A stretch of DNA of 22,513 bases from Promethearchaeota archaeon (GTDB lineage Archaea; Asgardarchaeota; Lokiarchaeia; Sigyniarchaeales; SOKP01). The position numbers and the translations under genes are program-made. Positions 7,356 to 16,624 of the stretch are shown here, piece by piece. The stretch lies in assembly GCA_016926735.1 (NCBI GenBank), contig JAFGOA010000040.1:1-22513 (forward strand). The letters run 5' to 3'. The notes beneath the pieces are model-generated. The model saw only the letters and a list, made by a program, of their open reading frames with translations. It did no database searches and was not told the DNA's origin. Each line of letters opens with the position of its first letter. The stretch's first letter is position 1.

Positions 7356-8051
7356 TTATTGAAATAATCCTAAAATAATTGTTGTTAATAATAATGTTAT
7401 AATGAATGCTCCTGCCATCTGAATAATATATTTAATTATTGAGCCATTTGAAATTATTCCTAAAAATACTCCTAATAGAATAATAAATATTCCTGTAATT
7501 AAAAATGACAAAATAAAGATCATCATATCAGGTTCAGAAATAAAAAAGAAAGGGATTAGAGGAACTAAACCTCCAATAAATGGAGCACCTCCATTAACAA
7601 AAGATACAATTATTCCAGCAAAGGATTCAGCTCTTTCATGTAATGTCTTTATTTTTTTCTTCTTCTTTACTAAGGAAATTTTAGATTTACGAATAGGCAT
7701 TAACATTGCCTTTTCTATATCTTTGTCAGTATCACTTTCGATTATTTCATATTTGTGATTTTCACTAAAATTACCCATAGCTTTCTGTATATCACTTTTA
7801 ACCTTATTTTGTTCAGCTTTTTCAGAGAGAAATGAACCAGAAAATCCAGAAATAAACATAGTTATTGAAGTACTTAATCCAGACATTACAATTATTGATG
7901 ATATTATTTTCTGCCCACTTAAAAATAATACAAAAGATCCTAAAATAACACCTATAATTGTTAGCATCCCATCATAAAAGTTATTAACAAAATATCTTCT
8001 AGAGATAGCCCCAATATCAGTTATTTTAGCATAAGTTTTCCATTTTGACAT
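7356..8051 (-). CDS. VIT1/CCC1-family membrane transporter (archaeal type)
   Basis: Motifs RRYFVNNFYDGMLTIIGVILG, SGFSGSFLSEKAE and GGLVPLIPFF, with about 5 hydrophobic segments. Confidence 0.8.
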   Translation of the reverse strand: MSKWKTYAKITDIGAISRRYFVNNFYDGMLTIIGVILGSFVLFLSGQKIISSIIVMSGLSTSITMFISGFSGSFLSEKAEQNKVKSDIQKAMGNFSENHKYEIIESDTDKDIEKAMLMPIRKSKISLVKKKKKIKTLHERAESFAGIIVSFVNGGAPFIGGLVPLIPFFFISEPDMMIFILSFLITGIFIILLGVFLGIISNGSIIKYIIQMAGAFIITLLLTTIILGLFQ

Positions 8052-8195
8052 TTTGAGAATTTTTGATGATAACTGTTTTAAATTTGTTTTTAATTATAAA
8101 ATACAGTGATATTTTCTCTATTTATTTATTTTTTAAAAACTATTATTTTTATATTCAAAATAATATATATTACTAAAAGTTAATAATTTATTGAA

Positions 8196-8843
8196 TTGAG
8201 AGATATGCAAAAAATAAAGAATCAAATACTTACTTTAATGATAGAACACTCAAGAATAATATATTCAGTTATGAGTTCTATGGCAGTTTATTATAATTTA
8301 TGGCAAGATGATGTCGATTCTCATAAAATTGAACTGGAAAAAAAGCGTAGTAAGATGCAAATTTTAGAGGAAGATGCTGATGGAATAAAGATTCGTGTGA
8401 TTAAAGAATATTCTGAGGTTCAAGCTCAAGGTTTAGGAGATTACATGGCATTAATTTTAAGCATGGATAATACAATTAATTCAGCTTTAGAATTTGTTGA
8501 TATAATATCGAAAATCCACCCAAAAGAAGAAATCAATGAAGAAATAAAGAAGAGATATCATAATCTCATAAATAATCTTCTTAAAATGGGAGATGGTTTA
8601 AAACTTGCAATAAAGGATCTTAGAGATAGCCCTCAGGAAGTCTTTAAAAATACAACCATTATTCATGAAGTAGAAAATATTATTGATAAGATATTCAGAG
8701 AATTTCTAGATTATTTATATGGGAATAATGACATAGAGATAAGATTATTACTCAGAATAAGAGATAGTATAAAAATCTTAGAAGAACTAGCTGATCGGAT
8801 ACATGATATAGCAGATGTAATAAGAGTACTATTATATCAATAA
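8196..8843 (+). CDS. DUF47/PhoU-like phosphate transport regulator family protein (true start may be ATG 8205)
   Basis: Duplicated helical motifs LEEDADGIK and VENIIDKIFR, plus LEELADRIHDIADVI. Confidence 0.75.
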   Translation: MRDMQKIKNQILTLMIEHSRIIYSVMSSMAVYYNLWQDDVDSHKIELEKKRSKMQILEEDADGIKIRVIKEYSEVQAQGLGDYMALILSMDNTINSALEFVDIISKIHPKEEINEEIKKRYHNLINNLLKMGDGLKLAIKDLRDSPQEVFKNTTIIHEVENIIDKIFREFLDYLYGNNDIEIRLLLRIRDSIKILEELADRIHDIADVIRVLLYQ

Positions 8844-8917
8844 TCTATTATGATATTAAATGAAATAATATCAACAATTCAATTAAATTTTCTTTCTATT
8901 TTATTTTAAAAAAAGAA

Positions 8918-9529
8918 TTAGGGTTTAAACCATTCAAAGAAATAATAACTTATTGTTGATGGATTAGCGATAACAAATTTCTTTCTGACTGAGGTGGCTA
9001 ATCTACCAGCTCTAACCATATCGATAGCGCCTAGCTTAGAATCATGATGTAAAACATGTACAATAAAGGGAGAATGTTCTAATCCTGGTCCTTTCTTATA
9101 TACAACAAAATCCGCTCCAAATTTTAACCCTGGACGAGGTATATACCCTTTTTCTCTTAAATCATTATAGATTATATATTTTTCTTCAAATTTATCATGA
9201 ATATTTTTAGATTTTTCATAAAATTCCTCAATAGAAAGATCTCTAGCACTTTTAACATCGTAAATAGTTATTTTCTCCCTTTTAAGAAGGTAATAGGCTT
9301 CAATTAAAGATAATTCAGAAGGTTTAGAAAAATATTCTAAACGAGGTTTACTTATTCCTAAAGGAGCTCCAAAGAATTTTTCTTTTGCATACAAATACGA
9401 AGCATATAAGGGATTAAATACAATAACTCTTGAATTTATAAACTTAGTTGGAATTTTATTGGGAATATCATAGTCATCGAGGTCATCAAGAGTAATTTTC
9501 TCTTGTTCTTGTCTTTCCATATTCATCAC
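8918..9529 (-). CDS. endA: tRNA-intron lyase (splicing endonuclease), catalytic subunit; probable true start ATG 9520
   Basis: LSLIEAYYL and VYNDLR-like IYNDLREKGY motifs. GLKFGADFVVYKKGPGLEHS carries the catalytic Tyr and His. RAGRLATSVRKK carries the catalytic Lys. Confidence 0.93.
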   Translation of the reverse strand: MMNMERQEQEKITLDDLDDYDIPNKIPTKFINSRVIVFNPLYASYLYAKEKFFGAPLGISKPRLEYFSKPSELSLIEAYYLLKREKITIYDVKSARDLSIEEFYEKSKNIHDKFEEKYIIYNDLREKGYIPRPGLKFGADFVVYKKGPGLEHSPFIVHVLHHDSKLGAIDMVRAGRLATSVRKKFVIANPSTISYYFFEWFKP

Positions 9530-9790
9530 TTAAGATCTATGTGTTTATGATATTTTAAATCTTTTATCGTAGTTCCAATTTTTTATCATTAAATTAAAAA
9601 TTATATTTTTTACTAAGGATAACAAAAATTATTTTAATAAGTTTTAAATTATGTTCAACCTAACTATTCTATGGGATAAGATTTAAAGTATATATATATA
9701 TAACTTAAATCTAAGTAATAATAGGATAGTAATAACATTACAAATCATTGAAAGTATAGAAAAATAAATAATATTAAATAAAATATTAAG

Positions 9791-10687
9791 GTGATTATCA
9801 TTCAAAGAAAAGCAACTCATGCTGGAGATTGGTATTCGGGAAAAAAAAATACTCTTTTAGATGAATTAGAACATTTATTTTCTGATAAGGACTTTGGGCC
9901 GGGGCAATTACCATATTATGAAAATAAGGAATTAAGGACTATAATCGGAGGAGTATCTCCACATGCAGGATACAGATTTTCTGGTTATTGTGCTGCTCAT
10001 ACGTATCTCAATTTATTTAAAGAAAAGATACCAGACACAATAATAGTATTAGGAACTATACATAATCCTTGTAGATATGCAAATGTAGCTCTTTTTAAAA
10101 AGGGTGAATGGGAAACACCTCTAGGAAGTCTAGTTGTTGATGAGGATCTAGCTAATATAATAACAGAAAATAGTAATATTATTCAAGCAGATTATAAAGC
10201 ATTCACAGGATTATGTGAAAGTGAACACAATATTGAAATTCAATTACCTTTTATCAAATATTGTGCTCAAGATAAAAATGTAAAAATCCTACCGATTAAA
10301 CTTGGATATAATACCTTTCATAATTATGAAATTTGTGAGCAAATTGCTGAGGATTTAGCTAAATCAATTAATTTATATGATAAAGATGTTATTATAGTAG
10401 CTTCATCAGATATGCAACATAAAACAGTTTTAGATTCTAAAAAACTGGAAAAGTTTAAATTAAAAGATCAGAAAGTAATAGATGCATTCAATGGATTAGA
10501 TGGAAGGAAATTAATGGATATAGTTAAGGAACTCTCGGTTTGTGGCCCACAAACAATAACAACTTTGGTTCTTACTTGTAAAAAATTAGGAGCAAAAGGA
10601 GGAAAAGAATTAAAACATTATACCAGTGTTGATAAAGCAGGATTTGGATATTGTGTTGGCTATTTTTCAGGTATAATTATAAAATAA
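9791..10687 (+). CDS. MEMO1-family protein (AmmeMemoRadiSam system protein B)
   Basis: Motifs AGDWY, SPHAGYRFSG, WETPLG, EHNIEIQLPF, ASSDMQH, SVCGP and VGYFS. Confidence 0.92.
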   Translation: MIIIQRKATHAGDWYSGKKNTLLDELEHLFSDKDFGPGQLPYYENKELRTIIGGVSPHAGYRFSGYCAAHTYLNLFKEKIPDTIIVLGTIHNPCRYANVALFKKGEWETPLGSLVVDEDLANIITENSNIIQADYKAFTGLCESEHNIEIQLPFIKYCAQDKNVKILPIKLGYNTFHNYEICEQIAEDLAKSINLYDKDVIIVASSDMQHKTVLDSKKLEKFKLKDQKVIDAFNGLDGRKLMDIVKELSVCGPQTITTLVLTCKKLGAKGGKELKHYTSVDKAGFGYCVGYFSGIIIK

Positions 10688-10709
10688 AAAAAAATAGGAT
10701 TTAAAAAAA

Positions 10710-11651
10710 ATGTCTGATAAAAAAGAAAATACTGAAGATTTTTTAAGTATTTGGAGAAAAAAAAATGCTCCAGGTTCAGAAAGACCCTCTGTTATAGGAG
10801 ATGCTCTTGAAGAGCTTGAGACAATCAAAAGAGAGAATATGACACTTAGAAATAAAATAAATGAAAATATTAATTTAATAAGGAATTCAGAATCCGTATT
10901 AAAAAATGCTTTAGATGAAAGAGATATGTATAAACAACAAAATCAATATCTCTCTGATGATTTTCAAAAAAAAATACAAAATCTAGAGTGGTTATTAAAA
11001 CAAAAAGATGAAGAAGTTGAATTGAAAATAAATCAAATTAAAAATAAAGAGATAGAAATTAATGAATTGAAGCAACAAACAAATCAATCTTCTTCATTTA
11101 ATCAGGGAGCTAATTCTGGATTAGTGCAAGAACTTCAATCAAAAATTACTAAAATGAATTCTGAAATTGATAGTCTAAAAGAAGAGAATAATTCTTTAAA
11201 AGAAAAATTAAAAAATATCACTTCAAGTTCGGGAAGTAGTGCTCTAGAAACCTTATGTCAAGATCTTCAAACAGATTTGAATCGTTATAAAAGTATGGCT
11301 GATGCTCTAAAGAGAGATAATGATATGATGAAAAATATGATTAACAGTAAGGAAAATATCGAGAAAATAGATACAGAAGATTTAAAAAGATTCAAATTAG
11401 AGAATGAAGAATTAAAAACAAGAAATTTAGAATTGGAAACATTTATAAATAGAAATAAAATTGATGATCTTAAGAAAAAGGTCGAAGATAATAAGATTAT
11501 TATAAAAGAACTTAAAGAAGCAAATAAATTATTATCTAAAGCTGCTCCAGGAGCTATGAAAGGTTTGATAGATGAATTACAACTTAGAATAAATAAATTA
11601 AAAATAGAACTTAATGATAAAGATAGAAAGATTAAGGAACTAGAAAAGTAA
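10710..11651 (+). CDS. Long coiled-coil hypothetical protein
   Basis: 313 aa, rich in E/K/N/L with heptad periodicity and short S/G linkers. It begins 22 nt after the MEMO1 stop. Confidence 0.8.
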   Translation: MSDKKENTEDFLSIWRKKNAPGSERPSVIGDALEELETIKRENMTLRNKINENINLIRNSESVLKNALDERDMYKQQNQYLSDDFQKKIQNLEWLLKQKDEEVELKINQIKNKEIEINELKQQTNQSSSFNQGANSGLVQELQSKITKMNSEIDSLKEENNSLKEKLKNITSSSGSSALETLCQDLQTDLNRYKSMADALKRDNDMMKNMINSKENIEKIDTEDLKRFKLENEELKTRNLELETFINRNKIDDLKKKVEDNKIIIKELKEANKLLSKAAPGAMKGLIDELQLRINKLKIELNDKDRKIKELEK

Positions 11652-11696
11652 TAATTCTAAATTCCTTTTTTTTAAGTCTGTAATTTTTAATGTGGG

Positions 11697-12291
11697 ATGA
11701 GCTAAAATACATTTAAATTTTCATTTTGCTATAGGTATTATAATTTCTTCAATCTATGCTTTTTTTTATCCTATTTCTTATATTGATTTTTGGATTATTA
11801 CTGCATTTTCTTGTATATGTGATTTCGATATATTATTATCTAATTATGCAATAGAAAAAAATCATAGAAATTTATTTACACATTCAATTATCCCAAGCTT
11901 ATTTATGATTATAATTGGGATATTATTGAATTGGATTATTTTAATCATTTCAGGATTAGCATATTTTATACACATTTTAATTGATACCTTTGATTGGGGT
12001 ACAAATTTTTTTTATTTTTATCATAAAAATCTCGGTTTTAGACTGCTTTACTTAAAAGAAGAAATAGAAAAAATCGATATAGAATATAAAATTCATAAAG
12101 CGTATTTTGACTTAAAATATTACAATAATAAAATTATACTGTCTTTGGAAATAAGTATATTTATTCTTATGGTTCTGATATTAGTAATTATCGCTCCAAA
12201 ATACATCTATGCTGTCATTTTTTATTTTTTAATCCTTTCATTACATCTTTTAAGATATTTTCAATTAAAGGAAGATAACAAAGAGAATTAA
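11697..12291 (+). CDS. Membrane-bound metal-dependent hydrolase (YdjM/DUF457-like); start codon out of frame, possibly a pseudogene or an assembly error
   Basis: The frame of the listed ORF (11905) is open back to 11701: AKIHLNFHFAIG...CDFDI...NHRNLFTHS...HILIDTF, the H/DxD/HRxxTHS/HxxxD pattern of the family. The nearest ATG (11697) is 1 nt out of frame. Confidence 0.7.
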
Positions 12292-12390
12292 ATTCTTTTT
12301 TTGTGGTTTTTATTATTAATAATATAAAAATTAATAAAATGTAATATCAAATATTATCTAATATACTTTAAAATAATATAATAGTTAAAA

Positions 12391-12837
12391 ATGATAAATT
12401 CAGAAGAAATTTCTACAAGCGTAGGCATAAAATTGGAAAAAGAAATGATTTTTAAATGCGACTTAGGGGATATAAATGTTAAAGAATGTTATATTGATGA
12501 TACTAATAAAAATGAAGCAGATATGTGGGGACCTAATCCTGCAAGAATGATAGGGATGGCTACAATTGGGTGTTTGTCAGCAAGCTTTATATTTTGTATG
12601 AAAAAGAAGAATTTAAATATCAAAGATTTAGAATCTGAAGCAAAGATAATAATTCGGAGAAATGAAAAAGGGTTATGGAGAATAAAGAAAATAGATGTAA
12701 TCATAAAACCTAAATTGGATACTCCAGAAATGAAAAAAAGAGCAGAACAATGTCAAAAATTTTTTGAAGATTATTGTACAGTAACCCAATCAATAAGAGA
12801 AGGTATTCCTGTAAAAGTAAATTTTGATTATAAGTAA
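12391..12837 (+). CDS. OsmC/Ohr-family protein
   Basis: GPNPARMIGMATIGCLSAS and YCTVTQSI contain the two conserved cysteines. Confidence 0.85.
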   Translation: MINSEEISTSVGIKLEKEMIFKCDLGDINVKECYIDDTNKNEADMWGPNPARMIGMATIGCLSASFIFCMKKKNLNIKDLESEAKIIIRRNEKGLWRIKKIDVIIKPKLDTPEMKKRAEQCQKFFEDYCTVTQSIREGIPVKVNFDYK

Positions 12838-12934
12838 TAATTATATAGTATATAGTATATATTTTGGTCAAGTAACTAGAATATTCTTGTCACTTTTCTT
12901 TTAAAAGATATAATAAATTACTTAATGAATAATT

Positions 12935-13918
12935 TTAATCTATTATCCCATCATCAGTAATTGAGAAAATAGCATCTGCTTCAGGTAAATGTGGAGCATC
13001 CACAACTTTAGCGACTCTTTGTTCTCCTTTTCCTTTTCTTAAAAATACTCTTATAGTTGCCCCATGAGCAATTATATTACCACCAGTATGAGTAATAGGA
13101 TTACCATAGAAAACATCAGGTTTTGATGACACTTGATTTGTAAACATAACCGCCAATTCATCATATGTTTCTGATAAACGGAGTAAATCATGAATATGAC
13201 TATTGAGAATTTGTTGTCGTGATGAGAGAGTTCCCCTTCCGATATATTCGCTGCGAAAATGAGTTATAATAGAATCAACAATTATAAGTTTAATATTTTT
13301 TTCTTTAATTAATTTTGATGATTCTTTTGTTAATAGTATTTGATGATCACTATTATATGCTCGACCCACTATTATATTTTTAAGAACTTGATTATAATCT
13401 AAGTCTTTAGCTTCTGCCATATTGATAATTCTTTCAGGTCGAAATGTTCCCTCAGTATCAATATACAAAGCATTTCCTTCGAGACCACCCAATTCATATG
13501 ACAATTGTACATTTACACATAGTTGGTGTGCAACTTGTGTTTTTCCTGTTCTATATTCTCCAAATAATTCAGTTACAGACCCCGGCTCAATCCCTCCACC
13601 TAGTAACTCATCTAAATTGTTACTACTTGTTGTTAATTTATTTAGAGCTCTTCTTTTTTCCCATATTTTTTCAGCAGATTTAAAACCCATTTTCTCAATA
13701 TCTTGAGCAGTTTTTATAAGAGTTAAAGATGTTTTTTCACCCAGTCCACTCTCCTCTATTAATTTTGAAAGAGGATAGAGAGCTAACGATCTAATTGTTA
13801 TTATTCCTGCATCTTTTAACTTTTTTAATGTGGCAGGACCTATTCCCGGAAGAGCATCTAATGTTAATTCTTTAGAATTCTTATCTGAATTAATCGAATC
13901 ACTTTTTTTTTTTGCCAT
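12935..13918 (-). CDS. radA: DNA repair and recombination protein RadA
   Basis: N-terminal HhH (LPGIGPAT), FKSA polymerisation motif, Walker A GEYRTGKT, YIDTEGTFRPERI, Walker B IIVDS and GGNIIAH. No intein. Confidence 0.96.
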   Translation of the reverse strand: MAKKKSDSINSDKNSKELTLDALPGIGPATLKKLKDAGIITIRSLALYPLSKLIEESGLGEKTSLTLIKTAQDIEKMGFKSAEKIWEKRRALNKLTTSSNNLDELLGGGIEPGSVTELFGEYRTGKTQVAHQLCVNVQLSYELGGLEGNALYIDTEGTFRPERIINMAEAKDLDYNQVLKNIIVGRAYNSDHQILLTKESSKLIKEKNIKLIIVDSIITHFRSEYIGRGTLSSRQQILNSHIHDLLRLSETYDELAVMFTNQVSSKPDVFYGNPITHTGGNIIAHGATIRVFLRKGKGEQRVAKVVDAPHLPEADAIFSITDDGIID

Positions 13919-14622
13919 ATGACAATCACTCTAAACTTATGATTTTAAAAATCTCTATTTTTATATTATCAGAAAAAATAAAATTTTAATTTTAATAATA
14001 AAAAAAAAACAATGATTTTATAGTTAATAACTTAAATAGGCAAATAAACTTTTATAGAAATATTTTCAATTTAATATCTAATATTTAGATGTTCATTTTA
14101 TCAAAATAGAAAAATAAATGCGAAATTTAAACTTCTACTTGAAAATAAAATAATTTTTTTTAATTTAGTTATTAATTTATTTTAGAATTGGTTCTTTTAT
14201 TCTAAGTAATATAGATTACAATTTAAATATTTTAATGTATTAGATTAAAATCATAACAGATATTCAGATTAGTAATAATATAGGTCGATAAAATATGAAT
14301 ATAAAGAAATTCCTAATCAATTATTAAATCTAAGTTTAAAAGGGAAAAGATCATTAATTTGATAAAAATGTAAGGAGCAGAGCAGATTAATGAAAAATTT
14401 TAACCAATTAAGGTAAAACTTAAATAATAGATAGGATTATAATATTTTGAGATTAAATATAATTTGAAATATTTTCATGTTATCATGTATTATAGATCTC
14501 AACTATATATTTTAAATGTAATATGATGAGTAAAATCTAATATATTTAAGAATTTACTATTTGATGATATAATTAGATTGATAATCTTTATAATTATTTA
14601 ATATCTAAGAAGATTTTATGAA

Positions 14623-14799
14623 ATGGATGATAAAGAATATTTAGAATTAGCGAAACCAAAACGTTCAATTCCAGAAATTAAAGGAAAAAAAATTGTCTTC
14701 AGAGGAGAAAAAACAAAAACATATTCTTCTTTAAATCCTAATGAAAAGACAATTTTAAAAAATAAATTAAAAGAAATTATAGACGTTCATTTAGAATAA
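14623..14799 (+). CDS. Small hypothetical protein (58 aa), absent from the ORF track
   Basis: ATG 14623 to TAA 14799 encodes MDDKEYLELAKPKRSIPEIKGKKIVFRGEKTKTYSSLNPNEKTILKNKLKEIIDVHLE. Codons are purine-rich and coding-like. It ends 3 nt before the next ATG. Confidence 0.6.
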   Translation: MDDKEYLELAKPKRSIPEIKGKKIVFRGEKTKTYSSLNPNEKTILKNKLKEIIDVHLE

Positions 14800-14802
14800 A
14801 AG

Positions 14803-15381
14803 ATGATAATAAATTTGGAAGGAAATAAGAATAGTATATTAGTCAATTCAGAAGAAATTAAGAGAGATAATCAAGATAGGATATGTAAGACAATTTATAA
14901 TTACCTTATTTCAAATAAAGTAGAATTAAATAAGGATCTAAAAATCTTAATAAATAATAGAAATAAGCATTATTATCATGAGATTTTGAAAATATATATT
15001 CCTTATGGTTTTTTCAATTTAACAACTTCTAATAAAGGTACATATATATTTCTTTTAAATCAATTACCAAAAGAAGAAAGAATTCCAATTTCAATTTTAA
15101 ATATATTTAATGGAAAATCCTTATTTGAATTTGCTCTAAAATTTAAAAAATTTGATATTATTCTTGATTTTGATTTGTTTAATTCCAATATAAATACTAC
15201 AAGTATAAAAAATTCTTTTAGATTTATTTATAGACATTTGTTAAAGAAAAGAGGATTCTTTTGTATTACTAATAAAAACAATGGAGCTGTTCCAAAAAAA
15301 TTTTTTATGAAAGAAATAGAACCAAAAGTACAAATAAATATAAAAAAAAAAATTGATCTGTTATTCTATAGAAAGAGCTAG
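14803..15381 (+). CDS. Hypothetical protein, possibly a degenerate class I SAM-methyltransferase fold
   Basis: 192-aa ORF. KFDIILD...IYRHLLKKRGFFCI resembles the C-terminal MTase motifs (FDxI...LKPGG). No glycine-rich SAM-binding motif is present. Confidence 0.5.
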   Translation: MIINLEGNKNSILVNSEEIKRDNQDRICKTIYNYLISNKVELNKDLKILINNRNKHYYHEILKIYIPYGFFNLTTSNKGTYIFLLNQLPKEERIPISILNIFNGKSLFEFALKFKKFDIILDFDLFNSNINTTSIKNSFRFIYRHLLKKRGFFCITNKNNGAVPKKFFMKEIEPKVQINIKKKIDLLFYRKS

Positions 15382-15387
15382 ATTCTT

Positions 15388-16599
15388 TTATATTTTATAA
15401 TTTATAACATATTTCTTAAGTATTTTTACATAATCTTCTAAATGTCTTAGCATTAAAAAATGCTCTTTTACATACTCTTTTCCTTTCTTTCCCATATCTT
15501 CTGCTAAATTTGGATTTTTCAGTAATTTTAAGACTCTATTTGCGCATTCTTCTATATTATTAACTAAATATCCAGTTTCACCATCAATAATTTGAAGAGG
15601 TATACCTCCAACATCCCCTCCAATAACGGGAGTTCCTTTCCATAAAGCCTCAGTTACTGTTAATCCAAATCCTTCTCTTAGAGATTTTTGTATCACAACT
15701 TTAGAAACTCTTTGGAGTGCATTGACTAATAAACTATTTTCCGCTGTAATTATATTGATATCTGGATCATCTTTGACATATTGTAAGATTTTATTATAAA
15801 TTTCAAATCCTTCAGGATCATCTTGAGCCATATTTCCTAATAGAACTAATCGACAATCAAATTCTTTTTTTATAATTTTAAAAGCTCTAATCACACCTAA
15901 CGGATCTTTCCATTTATCAAATCGAGAAATTTGAGAGATAATAGGTTTATTATTAGGAATATTAAAATCATTTAGTAAAGATTCAATCTCTGTTTGATTG
16001 AGCATTCTATTTTTGTTATTAAAAGGATTTATTGAAGGATTTATGATATATTGTGGTAAGTTTAATTTTTGCTTGTATTTTTCCATTGAAACAACAATTC
16101 CATCATATCTATGGATAAAATTTTTAAGAAATTTCCATGTTGGATTAAATTTGTTAGAAATATCAATATGACATCTCCAAATCCAAGGTTGTCTTTTTTC
16201 ATAAAATTGAATTAAAGATAATGGTTGAGGATCGTGAATAATTACACAATCTGTATCTTCAACATGATTATATATTGAATTCTTGCGATTATTATCTAAA
16301 TATACTCTTTTTTCATGATCAGTAAGCTCAGTTTCTTCACCTTGTAAAGTATTATGTAATTTTTTAGTTGTTTGAAAAAATTCAATAGATCCTTTAATTT
16401 GGTGCCACTCTGTTTTAATCCCGAGTTCATTCATTATTATAATTAAATCATTTAAGATTTCTGCTACACCACCTCCATAGATTGTTGAGTTAATATGAAC
16501 AATACTCTTATGGCAGAGAGGTTTAGAAATTTCATATAAATTATGAATATATTCATAATCGACGATTTTTTCATATTGATCTATTATGGTTTCCATCAT
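15388..16599 (-). CDS. treT: Trehalose synthase TreT-like GT4 glycosyltransferase
   Basis: Motifs HINSTIYGGGVAEIL, IHDPQP, WIWRCHID, SRFDKWKDPLGVI, DDPEG and QKSLREGFGLTVTEALWKG. Confidence 0.88.
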   Translation of the reverse strand: MMETIIDQYEKIVDYEYIHNLYEISKPLCHKSIVHINSTIYGGGVAEILNDLIIIMNELGIKTEWHQIKGSIEFFQTTKKLHNTLQGEETELTDHEKRVYLDNNRKNSIYNHVEDTDCVIIHDPQPLSLIQFYEKRQPWIWRCHIDISNKFNPTWKFLKNFIHRYDGIVVSMEKYKQKLNLPQYIINPSINPFNNKNRMLNQTEIESLLNDFNIPNNKPIISQISRFDKWKDPLGVIRAFKIIKKEFDCRLVLLGNMAQDDPEGFEIYNKILQYVKDDPDINIITAENSLLVNALQRVSKVVIQKSLREGFGLTVTEALWKGTPVIGGDVGGIPLQIIDGETGYLVNNIEECANRVLKLLKNPNLAEDMGKKGKEYVKEHFLMLRHLEDYVKILKKYVINYKI

Positions 16600-16624
16600 T
16601 TTATATATTTCTTTAATAATTATA

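Noticed and set aside
9689-9702. (TA)n run between endA and MEMO1
   Set aside because: Short and expected in AT-rich DNA. At most it is part of a divergent TATA region, which cannot be placed precisely.
12489-12704. 71-aa minus-strand ORF
   Set aside because: Antisense shadow of the OsmC gene.
13422-13706. Two plus-strand ORFs (94 and 79 aa)
   Set aside because: Antisense to the highly conserved radA.
13919-14622. Replication origin or CRISPR array in the long spacer
   Set aside because: No ORB-like repeats with G-strings, no adjacent cdc6/orc1 and no regularly spaced direct repeats.
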